A stretch of DNA of 64,000 nt, from positions 3,936,001-4,000,000 of the forward strand of contig CBDIID010000003.1 of the NCBI GenBank assembly GCA_965279515.1, read 5' to 3'. The stretch's first letter is position 1, and the number at the start of each line of letters is the position of its first letter. Of this stretch, positions 28,557 through 38,124 are shown in pieces. The position numbers and the translations under genes were made by a program. A model generated the notes under the pieces. It was not told where the DNA came from. It saw only the letters and a list, made by a program, of their open reading frames with translations, and searched no databases. Origin of the DNA: Turneriella sp. (GTDB taxonomy: Bacteria > Spirochaetota > Leptospiria > Turneriellales > Turneriellaceae).

Positions 28557-29360
28557 ATGCATCCCATGACCCGCCTTTTGCATGAGCGCAAAAAGCAAAA
28601 GGGGTACCTTTTCATTCCGTATATTGCCTACGGCGACCCAGACGCTAAAATCACATTTGAAATTATCTGCAAAATGGTCGAGGGCGGCGCTGCGACGGTT
28701 GAAATTGGCCTGCCCTTCACCGACCCGGTCGCTGACGGGCCGGCGCTCGAGCGTGCGTTCAGGCGATCCCTGAAGCATGAATTCAAAATGACGGATGTAC
28801 TCTCGATGCTGGGTAAGTTGCACCGCAAATACCCTAAATTCCCTTTCACGATTATGGGCTATGCCAATATCTTTTACCAGGCGGGCTTCAAGACGCTGCT
28901 CGAGAAATTTTACGACCTCGGTGTCCAGGCCGTTATTATTCCCGACATCCCCTTTGATGAAAAAAAGTATATCATCGAGAAAGAAGGCCTCGCCGATGCG
29001 CTGACGCGCGTCGCGTGGATCGATTTTATCACACCGACGACGACAGTGAAGCGCATGCAGGAGATCACGCGCGACGCGAACGGTTTTGTCTACCTGGTCT
29101 CATATAAAGGCGTCACGGGGCAAAAGAATTTTACGCTGAAACCCTTGAAGCCGCTCATCAAGTCGATACGCAAGGCAACGCGCGTGCCCCTCGTCGTGGG
29201 TTTTGGTATCAAAGATAAAATCCATGCCAGCGAGGCGGTGCGCCTCACCGACGGGTTTATCATGGGTACGGTTTTTCACGAAATGATCGAGCACAATATC
29301 GAACGCGCGCCGGCGATACCGCATGAAATCGGCTGGGCGTTGCCGAATATGTTACCCTGA
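28557..29360 (+). CDS. trpA: Tryptophan synthase alpha subunit
   Basis: EIGLPFTDPVADGP, FVYLVS, GVTG and VGFGI. Start at 28557 or 28566. Confidence 0.9.
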   Translation: MHPMTRLLHERKKQKGYLFIPYIAYGDPDAKITFEIICKMVEGGAATVEIGLPFTDPVADGPALERAFRRSLKHEFKMTDVLSMLGKLHRKYPKFPFTIMGYANIFYQAGFKTLLEKFYDLGVQAVIIPDIPFDEKKYIIEKEGLADALTRVAWIDFITPTTTVKRMQEITRDANGFVYLVSYKGVTGQKNFTLKPLKPLIKSIRKATRVPLVVGFGIKDKIHASEAVRLTDGFIMGTVFHEMIEHNIERAPAIPHEIGWALPNMLP

Positions 29361-30014
29361 ATAGCCGATTGCCTTTTCTTTAACTTCGCCTGTCTTATGC
29401 CGGCGTAATAACCATTCGACAAAGGCCAGGTTGATGAGCCATGCCACGGCCATCGCCGCATCGCGCGTGTAACCTGTAGGTAGGCTACCACCGCCGGCAA
29501 TGATCCACGGCAAATGTGTAAATACCTGTGTGCCCGCTCCCATACCGAGAGCATACGCGCGCATCATCCACGCGCCGTGTTCGGCGAAGCGCCGCCGCAA
29601 GATCGCGCGCACGGCGAGCACAATGCTCAAAAACATGGCGCTGCCGACCACCATGCGCACTGAAAAGAGCGTCGGGCCGTCGCTCTCAAGGTGGGGAAAA
29701 ACTATGGCGAGGTAGAGGCCCGTCAATGCCGCGGCGGCGCCGGCAACGATGACGGGGCGGCCGGCATTGCGGTGCCAGCGCGGGTATGCCGCGCGAAAGC
29801 CCGGTGAGAATTGCAGGGCGCCGAAAACGCCAAAGAAAAACGAACCCACAATGTGGATCGTTACAGCGATGGGCGCGGTGAAAAAGCGCGCATTTTCAGC
29901 CGTGACGGGACCGCCCTGCGCGAGGCCAGCGAGGCGAAAGACCCCGGCGATCGATGGCACGAGGGTGAGCAGAATGAGGCCTAAGGGAATCAGCCAGTCG
30001 GATTTCTTTTTCAT
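29352..30014 (-). CDS. DUF2306-type membrane protein
   Basis: GALQF, WHRNAGR and HGAWMMRAYA. Confidence 0.75.
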   Translation of the reverse strand: MKKKSDWLIPLGLILLTLVPSIAGVFRLAGLAQGGPVTAENARFFTAPIAVTIHIVGSFFFGVFGALQFSPGFRAAYPRWHRNAGRPVIVAGAAAALTGLYLAIVFPHLESDGPTLFSVRMVVGSAMFLSIVLAVRAILRRRFAEHGAWMMRAYALGMGAGTQVFTHLPWIIAGGGSLPTGYTRDAAMAVAWLINLAFVEWLLRRHKTGEVKEKAIGYSG

Positions 30015-30505
30015 AATTTACCTACTAAGATCGCAGAAGCATACAGCCCGAGGCCATAAACCGTGTGTATCGCCAGGTTGCGTAACCGCACCGCATGGGG
30101 TGCCGGCGCATGGTTTGCAGCGAGACCCAAACCCATTGCCGGCTGCATGATGAACCACGGCGCGAGCACTGTGGCGATGCCCACCGCCAGTGCTGGTAAG
30201 AATGAAGGCGATCTTAACCAGTCTGTGCCCCAGAGAAACGGTATGAGCGCCGCAAAGGCAATGCCGATGGCATAGTGGGATATCCAACCCAGTGCAACCT
30301 CGCCCCGGATCTTCGGGCTTTTGCCGATGGCGTCGTGAAAAAAACGGCCGCGGAGCAGGTGGCCTGCCCACCGGCCGAGCAGGCCGAGGTCGAGCGAAGT
30401 GACGCCGAACGCCCTCTGCAGGGAGAAGCGCCAGATATCCATGGCGGCTGTAGCGCCCGCGCCAATCACCAGCGTGCGCACCAGCACCTCATTAAAACTA
30501 TTCAT
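30011..30505 (-). CDS. DUF2938-type membrane protein
   Basis: GAGATAAMDIW, LGWISHYAIG, PWFIMQPAMG and HTVYGLGLY. Confidence 0.8.
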   Translation of the reverse strand: MNSFNEVLVRTLVIGAGATAAMDIWRFSLQRAFGVTSLDLGLLGRWAGHLLRGRFFHDAIGKSPKIRGEVALGWISHYAIGIAFAALIPFLWGTDWLRSPSFLPALAVGIATVLAPWFIMQPAMGLGLAANHAPAPHAVRLRNLAIHTVYGLGLYASAILVGKL

Positions 30506-30531
30506 AAGACCTCCAATATTATCATTCTGTT

Positions 30532-30551
30532 ATTCAATATATTTATTGAAT
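30532..30551. promoter_or_regulatory. Probable ArsR-family operator
   Basis: Palindrome ATTCAATA-TATT-TATTGAAT between divergent genes. Confidence 0.7.
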
Positions 30552-30630
30552 GACAAAACGGCGAATATTTCTTACCCGCCTTGTATGCGCTGGTCCCAAA
30601 AATATTCGCCGCACTGTCCGGGCGGGTTGT

Positions 30631-31272
30631 ATGGTTAACCACGTGAGCGACATGGAGACGATCGCCCGCATGAGCGAGGTTGCGGGTACACTCGGCAACG
30701 ATTCGCGGCTGATTCTGATGTTGCTCATTGCCGCCGGCGAGAAGTCGGTCGAGACGTTGTCCGGGCTTTCGGGTATACCCGTGGCCAGCACGTCGCAGCA
30801 TCTGCAGGTCTTAAAAAAATCCAATATGGTGGCAACGCGGCGCGACGGTAAGCATGTGCTGTACCGCCTGCAAAATGGACCCATACGCGAATTCATCGAC
30901 GCGCTCGAGCGCTTTGCGGTCTTCCGCGGCCTAAAGACCGACGGTGATGCGGGGAGTGCCGATGGTATCACTGAAAAAGAATTACATAAGAAACTCAAAG
31001 CAGGAAAGACGGTGCTCATCGATGTGCGCTCGCGCGGGGAATACGATAAGGGACACATTACCGGTGCCCTGAGCATGCCCGTGGGCGAGCTGAAAAAACA
31101 GGCAGGTAAACTGTCCAAAGCGCGCGAGCTGGTGGTTTATTGCCGCGGCCCATACTGCCTGCTTTCTGTGAATGCGGTCGCGCTGCTCGCCGCGCAGGGA
31201 ATACCGGCGCTCCGCCTGGTTTCCGGTTACTCCGATTGGCGCGGTGACCGTACTGTGAGCCTGGGACGGTAG
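30631..31272 (+). CDS. ArsR/SmtB regulator fused to a rhodanese domain
   Basis: HTH with SQHLQVL, then IDVR, GHITGA and YCRGPYC. Start at 30631 or 30652. Confidence 0.88.
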   Translation: MVNHVSDMETIARMSEVAGTLGNDSRLILMLLIAAGEKSVETLSGLSGIPVASTSQHLQVLKKSNMVATRRDGKHVLYRLQNGPIREFIDALERFAVFRGLKTDGDAGSADGITEKELHKKLKAGKTVLIDVRSRGEYDKGHITGALSMPVGELKKQAGKLSKARELVVYCRGPYCLLSVNAVALLAAQGIPALRLVSGYSDWRGDRTVSLGR

Positions 31273-31324
31273 CGTACGTGCCGCAACGGTCTCGACAGAA
31301 TGTCTCACCGCGCAACTGCGTGTT

Positions 31325-32005
31325 ATGGCCACCCAGCAGTTAAACCTGTCGAACCGCGCGATGGATCTCCACATCTTTCAGAACGGGGAATCCAAACAAC
31401 CGGCGATTATCTTTTTACCCGACCTCACCGGCGTCGCCGAATCTCAACTCGAAACCGCCCGGCTGCTCGCGCTCGAAGGTTTTCATGTCTTTGTGCCCGA
31501 ACTGTTCAGCCATGAGGGCGCGGCACGGTATTGCCTGCGTATTTTCTTTAACATGGCCTTCGTTACCAATGCCGCCGATAACCCGGGCGTGCTCGAAGTT
31601 TATGAAATCATCGACCAGGTCAAAAAACTGCCCTATGTGGATGCCTCGCGTATCGGCATCATCGGCCAGTGCCTGACCGGCGGTTTTGCGCTGCACTGTG
31701 CGTTGCGCGACGATATCCAGGCGCCCGTCGTATTCCATCACAGCTTTGGCCTGACGGGCAGCGGCATGCCCGAAGATTCGGCACGTGCCATCTGCAAGAA
31801 TGTGCAGGGGCACTATGTCAAAATCGATCCGTTCTGCCCAAAAGCCCGTGTCGATCAGCTCAAAGAACAGATGGGGGACTACCTCGATGTCAGCTACTAT
31901 GACTGGCTGCCTCACGGCATTCCGCACTTTTTTCGCCTGACCGACGAGGGTCGCCGGGCCTATATCAATATGGTCAGGTTTCTGAAGATGCAATTGGCGG
32001 ATTAA
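31325..32005 (+). CDS. Dienelactone hydrolase family protein
   Basis: GIIGQCLTGGF nucleophile elbow, with Asp and His positions (DPFC, PHG/PHF). Confidence 0.8.
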   Translation: MATQQLNLSNRAMDLHIFQNGESKQPAIIFLPDLTGVAESQLETARLLALEGFHVFVPELFSHEGAARYCLRIFFNMAFVTNAADNPGVLEVYEIIDQVKKLPYVDASRIGIIGQCLTGGFALHCALRDDIQAPVVFHHSFGLTGSGMPEDSARAICKNVQGHYVKIDPFCPKARVDQLKEQMGDYLDVSYYDWLPHGIPHFFRLTDEGRRAYINMVRFLKMQLAD

Positions 32006-32178
32006 CCGTGGGGGGGCGGCTAAAAGCCGCGAAAAGCGGCGGCCTCGTCGTTTGCAAGCAAACGACTGCTAAAGCGCTTCGCTGCCGCCGTTTTTCGCTC
32101 GTGCCATTTTGAATTGGCTTCAGGCTTTTAGACCGCCGTCCTATTTGACGCCTTGTTTCAAACTCAATCTTTAACGGT

Positions 32179-34191
32179 ATGGCAGACCGCGCAGCCCATA
32201 AAATCTACAATAAAGAGGGTAATCCTACCCGTGAAGAACCGTGGATTTTCCGTACCTATGGCGGGCATTCGAATGCGCGTGCCACCAATGAACTCTACCG
32301 CACGGGCTTAGCGCGCGGCCAAACGGGCCTCTCGATCGCCTTTGACCTGGCGACGCAGTGCGGTTATGACTCAGACCATCCGATGGCGCGGCCCGAAGTC
32401 GGCAAGGTCGGCGTGCCGATCAATTCACTGCTTGATTTCCGTGTCATGTTCGACCAGATTCCACTGGAAAAAATGAACACATCGATGACAATCAACGGCA
32501 CGGCGATGTGGCTCTTATCGCTCTATATCGCGCTTGCTGAAGAGCGTGGCATCGACCCGTCGCTGCTTCAGGGTACGACACAGAATGATATTATTAAGGA
32601 GTATCTCGCGCGGGGTACGTACATCTTCCCCCCCGAATCATCCATCCGCCTCATTGTCGATATGTACGAGTATTGCGTGCGCAAGATCCCGAAATGGAAT
32701 CCATCCAACATCTGTTCATACCATTTGCAGGAAGCCGGAGCGACGCCGGTGCAGGAGCTTTCGTTCGCGCTGGTGACGGCGATTGCGATTCTCGACGCGA
32801 TTAAAGAACGTAAATGTTTTACCGACGACGAGTTTGAGCAGGCTGTCGGCCGTATTTCATTCTTCGTCAACTCGGGCATGCGTTTCATTGAAGAGATGTG
32901 CAAGATGCGCGCCTTCGGTGAAATGTGGGAAGACATCACCAAGAATCGTTACGGTGTGAAGACCGAAAAATTCCGCCGTTTCCGTTATGGTGTGCAGGTC
33001 AATTCGCTCGGTCTCACCGAAGAGCAACCCGAGAACAATGCGTGGCGTATTCTCATCGAAGCGCTCGGCGTCACGATGTCGCAAAAGGCGCGCTGCCGCG
33101 CATTGCAGTTGCCGGCATGGAATGAAGCGCTGTCGCTGCCGCGCCCATGGGACCAGCAATGGTCGCTGCGCATGATGCAGGTCATGGCGTATGAAACCGA
33201 CCTGCTCGAATACCCGGATATTTTCGACGGCTCGCCGGTGATTCAATCCAAAGTTCAGGCCCTGATCAGCGAAGCGAAAGCCGAGATCGATAAGGTTTTG
33301 GCGCAGGGCGGCGCCGTCGAGGCGATCAAGTCGGGTTATATGAAATCACAGCTCGTCAAGAGCCAGGCCGAACGCATGAGCCGCATCATGACGCAAGATC
33401 TCAAAATTGTCGGCCGTAATATTTACACAGACGGATTACCTTCTCCGCTTTTGGGCGGCGAAGATGCGGGTATTTTCAAAATCGATCATTCGGCTGCCGA
33501 TGAAACCCTTGCGGCCCTGAAAAAGGCACGTGAGACGCGCGATGACGCTGCGGCTCAAAAAGCCCTCGCGCAGCTCGAAGCCGACGCGAAGGCCAATGTG
33601 AATCTTATGCCGGCATCGATTGCCTGCGCCAAGGCGCTCATCACAACCGGCGAATGGGCAAACACGCTTAGAAAAGTGTTTGGCGAATACCGTCCGCTGA
33701 CCGGCGTCGAAGGGCAGAAGCTGTCGCTGTCTGAAGAGCGCGTTGCCGATGTGCGTAAAAAAGTTGAAGCTTTCAAAGATAAGCACGGCCACCGGCCACG
33801 CTTTGTGCTCGGCAAACCCGGCCTCGACGGCCACTCGAATGGCGCTGAAATGATCGCCGTTGCGGCCCGCCATGTCGGTTTTGATGTCATCTATTCAGGC
33901 ATACGCCTGACGCCCGAAGAGATCGCGCGCGCAGCGGTTGAAGAAAACGCCGATCTTATCGCCATGTCGATCCTCTCAGGGAGTCATTTAGAGTTGGTCG
34001 ACCAACTCATGAAAACACTTGTTAAATACAAGGCTGATAAAGAGATTCCGCTCGTGGTCGGCGGTATCATTCCCGAGTCGGATTTCGCCCGCCTTAGGGA
34101 ATTGGGCGTGCAGCACATTTTTACTCCCAAGGATTATGACCTCGTCGGTATCATGGAGCAAAATCTCGAAATTGCCGAGAAATTTGCTTGA
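32179..34191 (+). CDS. ecm: B12-dependent ethylmalonyl-CoA mutase (MeaA/Ecm)
   Basis: PWIFRTYGGHS, GQTGLSIAFD, QLPAWNEAL and the B12 motif GLDGHSNG. Confidence 0.88.
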   Translation: MADRAAHKIYNKEGNPTREEPWIFRTYGGHSNARATNELYRTGLARGQTGLSIAFDLATQCGYDSDHPMARPEVGKVGVPINSLLDFRVMFDQIPLEKMNTSMTINGTAMWLLSLYIALAEERGIDPSLLQGTTQNDIIKEYLARGTYIFPPESSIRLIVDMYEYCVRKIPKWNPSNICSYHLQEAGATPVQELSFALVTAIAILDAIKERKCFTDDEFEQAVGRISFFVNSGMRFIEEMCKMRAFGEMWEDITKNRYGVKTEKFRRFRYGVQVNSLGLTEEQPENNAWRILIEALGVTMSQKARCRALQLPAWNEALSLPRPWDQQWSLRMMQVMAYETDLLEYPDIFDGSPVIQSKVQALISEAKAEIDKVLAQGGAVEAIKSGYMKSQLVKSQAERMSRIMTQDLKIVGRNIYTDGLPSPLLGGEDAGIFKIDHSAADETLAALKKARETRDDAAAQKALAQLEADAKANVNLMPASIACAKALITTGEWANTLRKVFGEYRPLTGVEGQKLSLSEERVADVRKKVEAFKDKHGHRPRFVLGKPGLDGHSNGAEMIAVAARHVGFDVIYSGIRLTPEEIARAAVEENADLIAMSILSGSHLELVDQLMKTLVKYKADKEIPLVVGGIIPESDFARLRELGVQHIFTPKDYDLVGIMEQNLEIAEKFA

Positions 34192-34226
34192 AGGCCGCGG
34201 CACTCTCTTGAAACCGGGGGGTTGAG

Positions 34227-36542
34227 GTGACCCCCGAAAAAAGCATGGCATCGTCACCGATTCACGGCATGGCCGAGCGCTATGTCTATAAACCCGTTTT
34301 TGGCCTTTATGTGCGCCTGGTTAAGTTTTTTTCACTGGGGACCATGCTGGTTCTCGTCACGGCACCGGTTTTTCCTCTTTTAGACTATTATGCATTCCTG
34401 TTTATCTCGGGTCTCGAGATCGGGCCAGCCCGGGAAATTTACCGGCTCGAACTCGACGCCTTCTGGCCCAGCTTCGTGGTCTCCGTGGTGCTCTACGCGG
34501 TCCTTGGCGGCGCCCTGGTACGCGTTTTTTTACCGAGTGCGATTCCGGCTTTGCGGCGCCTTGAACCCGCTCTCAGGCATTTCACGGGAGAGTTTTCCGG
34601 AGATCAGCTGCGTGAAATGCTGCGGAGCCTGTCACGCCTGCCGTGGGCCTTCACGATACTCGCCATGCTGATTTTTACCGCGCATGCGCTTTTTATCTAT
34701 GTGCAGAGTTTTTTAGGCCGGTGGGATTTCTCCCATATCAAGATCTTTATTGCGATCGATGCAGTCATTTTTCTGATGCTGGCGGGGCTGGTTTATTCCA
34801 TTGTCGAGTTTTCATGCAGTTACCTGCGCATGCAGGTCAAACGCCAGCTGGCGGCAATCGACGAAGCGGCGAACGATCTTATCAATGGGCGCTCGGGTGT
34901 GATTCGTTTTGTCTACCTGCTCTTCATCGGCGGCGCTTCGACGATCGCGCTCATTGTATTCATGCATAACAAGAGCGAACACGTGTTGTGGACTGCGATT
35001 CAGTTCTCAGCGATTACGTTCGTGATCTGCGGCACTTTGGCGTTTATTTACTTCTATACCTGGACCTATTCGCTGAAGCAGATCAGCGATGCCACGTATA
35101 GCGTGGCGATGGGCGGGCGGGGTAACCTGCCCATGCTTTCCAACGACAGTGAAATGGTCGAGCTTGCCGTCAATTTCGACGCCGCCACCTATGAGATCAA
35201 TACGATCCGTAATTACCTCACCGAACTCGTCGACGAAAAAACCCGGACAATCTCTGAAGCGTACAACGAACTCAAACAGCTCAAATCGCGGCAGGATGGC
35301 GACTATTACCTGACCTCGAACCTCATCGAGTCGCTGACGGAGATTCGTCCCGAAAGCGAGACTGTCGTCATCGATTCCCTTATTAAACAATTTAAGATCT
35401 TCGAGTTCATGGGCCACAGCAAAGAAATCGGCGGCGACATGAATGCCGGCTATTCGTTGCGCCTGCAGGGCGAAAAATATACGCTTGTCGTCAACGCCGA
35501 CGCCATGGGTAAATCACTGCAAGGCGCTGGTGGAGTCCTGGTTCTGGGGTCGGCGCTGCGCTCGCTCATCGAGCGTACGAATATAACCGAAGGTTTGCGC
35601 AATCTTTCACCCGAGCGCTGGCTCAAGAATTCATTCCTCGAACTGCACCGCTTGTTTTCGAACTTCAACGGCAGCATGATGGCGTCGATGGTCTGCCTGC
35701 TGATCCATGATAACTCCGGTTATACGGTGATGATTAATGCCGAACACCCGCAGGGCATTTTATTGCGCGCCGGCCACAGCGAATTTATCTCGAGCCATGA
35801 AGGTTTGCGCAAACTGGGGAACAATGCGGTCAAGGGCCGCCTCTGGGTCGACACGCTGATGCTGAAACACCGCGACGTGGTGATTCTGGGCTCCGACGGG
35901 CGCGACGATATTGTTGTCGGTTATGACAGCGACGGCCAGCCGATGATGAATGAAGACGACCGCAAGATACTGCAGATTGTGCGTATCGCCGACGGCGATT
36001 TACCGCGTATCTTTCTCGGTCTCAAACATTCCGGTGAAATTGTCGATGACGTTTCATTCGTCCGCATCGAATACCGCGGCAATCCCGCGCCACATGAGGG
36101 AGCCGCGATTGAAACGCATTGGGAAGCATACCGCAAGGCGGTGCATACGGGGGCGAAGCTTGAGGCACTCCGGAAAATTCTCGACCTGAACCCGCAGAGT
36201 ATGCGCGCGTGGCGCGCGCTGCTGCTTTTACATCTCAAGAGTAAGAACCTTGTCGATGCTGCCTCGATCGCCGAGTCGCTGGTGCGCATTCAGCCCAGCC
36301 GCGATTTCTATATGTTTGTTGCGGGCCTGCTGTTTTTCCGCATCGGCAACCTGGAAAAAGCGCTGAACTTTGCCGACCGGCTGACGCTGAGAAACTGGGG
36401 TGCCGAGCGCTACCTGATTCTATTGGGGCGTATCCACGAAGCGCGTGCCGACGAAGCCGGTATGCGCGAAGCGGGAATGCTACTCAACGAACTTTTACCC
36501 GAACACGTCTACGGCAAGAAGCTGCTCGAAGGGCTGGGCTGA
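34227..36542 (+). CDS. Membrane HAMP-SpoIIE (PP2C) phosphatase with TPR-like tail
   Basis: EIGGD, NADAMGKSLQGAGG, NAEHP, GSDGRDD and DDVS. Confidence 0.85.
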   Translation: MTPEKSMASSPIHGMAERYVYKPVFGLYVRLVKFFSLGTMLVLVTAPVFPLLDYYAFLFISGLEIGPAREIYRLELDAFWPSFVVSVVLYAVLGGALVRVFLPSAIPALRRLEPALRHFTGEFSGDQLREMLRSLSRLPWAFTILAMLIFTAHALFIYVQSFLGRWDFSHIKIFIAIDAVIFLMLAGLVYSIVEFSCSYLRMQVKRQLAAIDEAANDLINGRSGVIRFVYLLFIGGASTIALIVFMHNKSEHVLWTAIQFSAITFVICGTLAFIYFYTWTYSLKQISDATYSVAMGGRGNLPMLSNDSEMVELAVNFDAATYEINTIRNYLTELVDEKTRTISEAYNELKQLKSRQDGDYYLTSNLIESLTEIRPESETVVIDSLIKQFKIFEFMGHSKEIGGDMNAGYSLRLQGEKYTLVVNADAMGKSLQGAGGVLVLGSALRSLIERTNITEGLRNLSPERWLKNSFLELHRLFSNFNGSMMASMVCLLIHDNSGYTVMINAEHPQGILLRAGHSEFISSHEGLRKLGNNAVKGRLWVDTLMLKHRDVVILGSDGRDDIVVGYDSDGQPMMNEDDRKILQIVRIADGDLPRIFLGLKHSGEIVDDVSFVRIEYRGNPAPHEGAAIETHWEAYRKAVHTGAKLEALRKILDLNPQSMRAWRALLLLHLKSKNLVDAASIAESLVRIQPSRDFYMFVAGLLFFRIGNLEKALNFADRLTLRNWGAERYLILLGRIHEARADEAGMREAGMLLNELLPEHVYGKKLLEGLG

Positions 36543-37480
36543 AGAAACGCGGCTACCCCTGTGCCGGGATTCAGGCATGCCAGAAGCCGCTCCAGGCCTA
36601 AGGCGATACCAGAGACACCCTCGATTGCAGGCAATGCCGCAAGCAGCTCTGTGTCGACGGGGTGAGCTTCAACGCCACGTAAGCTGCGAATGTCATTGTA
36701 TTTCTGCCAGCGGCTGAGAGCTATTTCGGGGCGGTATTCTTCACGGTAGCCATTCGCCAGTTCGAGCCCACCCAGGAATATTTCAGCCCGCTGCGCCATG
36801 CCGTTTTCCGAATAAGCCAGGGCGCCCAGGTATTCCGGGTAACCCGACACGGCGATGAGCCCTTCGAAGCCGCGGATGCGCGGTAAAATGATCTCGTCGA
36901 AGAGCAGGTTGAAACAGATAACCGCTGCATCGGTTTCGTTGAGGTGCTGCGGCAGGGTACCGTGCAGGGATTGATATTTTTGCACCGCGCCGGTTTTATT
37001 ATGAAAATCAAAGCTTTGCCCTGCCTCTTCGAAGAGGCGCTCCAGATCGAATATTTGAAAGGCTGCGGGCAACCGCTTCGCGCCCGTCGCATCGGCGATG
37101 GTCCTGATCAGGGCAGCGGCACTTTCCAGAACAGCTTCTAAAGAAGCATCTTTCAGATACCATTCCACCATTGTAAATTCGATGGCATGATTTTTACCCG
37201 GGCGGTCGTCGCGGAAAACCGGGGCGATTTCATAGATGCCCCGCGCATCTGTGTGTGCCGCAATTTCCGTGGCGTAAATTTTTTTTAATGCAAACTCCGG
37301 GGAGGTAGCAAGAAACATCTTCTGCGTGTTTTCCTGTGCGAGAATGCCCACGGCATCGATATAAGGTTCAAGCGCCGGTGAGGTGACGCCTTTAGGTGTC
37401 ATCACTTCCAGAATATGATGTGAGGCAAAGAAGCCGCGCGCGGCACGGATGGCGTTATTGCGCAGGACGACGGGGATCAC
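36509..37480 (-). CDS. epmA: EF-P beta-lysyl transferase (LysRS2-like)
   Basis: LEVMTP, LATSPEFALK, FTMVEWY, ELANGY and GIALGLERL, with no anticodon-binding domain. Confidence 0.8.
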   Translation of the reverse strand: MIPVVLRNNAIRAARGFFASHHILEVMTPKGVTSPALEPYIDAVGILAQENTQKMFLATSPEFALKKIYATEIAAHTDARGIYEIAPVFRDDRPGKNHAIEFTMVEWYLKDASLEAVLESAAALIRTIADATGAKRLPAAFQIFDLERLFEEAGQSFDFHNKTGAVQKYQSLHGTLPQHLNETDAAVICFNLLFDEIILPRIRGFEGLIAVSGYPEYLGALAYSENGMAQRAEIFLGGLELANGYREEYRPEIALSRWQKYNDIRSLRGVEAHPVDTELLAALPAIEGVSGIALGLERLLACLNPGTGVAAFLQPSPSSSFLP

Positions 37481-38124
37481 AGCGGCGGCGGTTCGCGGTG
37501 CAGGACATCGAGCGCATTGGCGAGACCGTCGTAGTTTTGGTATCCCTGCGACAGGGGAAAATATTGTCCCTCGCGACCGTAGATAATGGTCGGAAAGGCA
37601 TCCGCCCCATAGATTTCGCGCGCATCGTCGAATTGTTTTTCTACACCCGGGTAGAGTTTGCCCGTTTTTAAATCGGAGGCAAACGCGGCTAGGTCGACTG
37701 CGTATTTTGCAAAGAGCTGCGTATAACTTTCGGGTTTTGAGAGATCGGCGCCGTCTTTGAAATTCAGCGAAAGTATCTCATGCGATAACAAAATTGTGTC
37801 GCTTTGGGGAGCAGCTGCGAGAATCGCGCCAAATGCCGCAGCGGGCACGCGCGAATCCTGCATTGTTGTGCGGTCGCGGATCAGAGCTTTATGGGCTTCT
37901 GAAAAGATGGCGCCGGTCATCTGTTCGACGCGCGGCTGTGCCTTTTCAATGTAGGCGGCGAAATCACCCAAAGGCCCGATACGATCGCCTATCATGAGGC
38001 CGCCCGAAATCGCCGAGAAGCGAAAGCGGTCGGAAAAATTTTCCCTGAGCTTCAGAATGTTTGCGGCCATGCCCCAGCACCAGCCGCAGTAGCCGTCGAA
38101 GGCATAGACGATTTCAGCGCTCAT
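37477..38124 (-). CDS. DsbA-family thioredoxin-fold protein
   Basis: DGYCGWCWG and AFPT. Confidence 0.85.
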   Translation of the reverse strand: MSAEIVYAFDGYCGWCWGMAANILKLRENFSDRFRFSAISGGLMIGDRIGPLGDFAAYIEKAQPRVEQMTGAIFSEAHKALIRDRTTMQDSRVPAAAFGAILAAAPQSDTILLSHEILSLNFKDGADLSKPESYTQLFAKYAVDLAAFASDLKTGKLYPGVEKQFDDAREIYGADAFPTIIYGREGQYFPLSQGYQNYDGLANALDVLHREPPPL

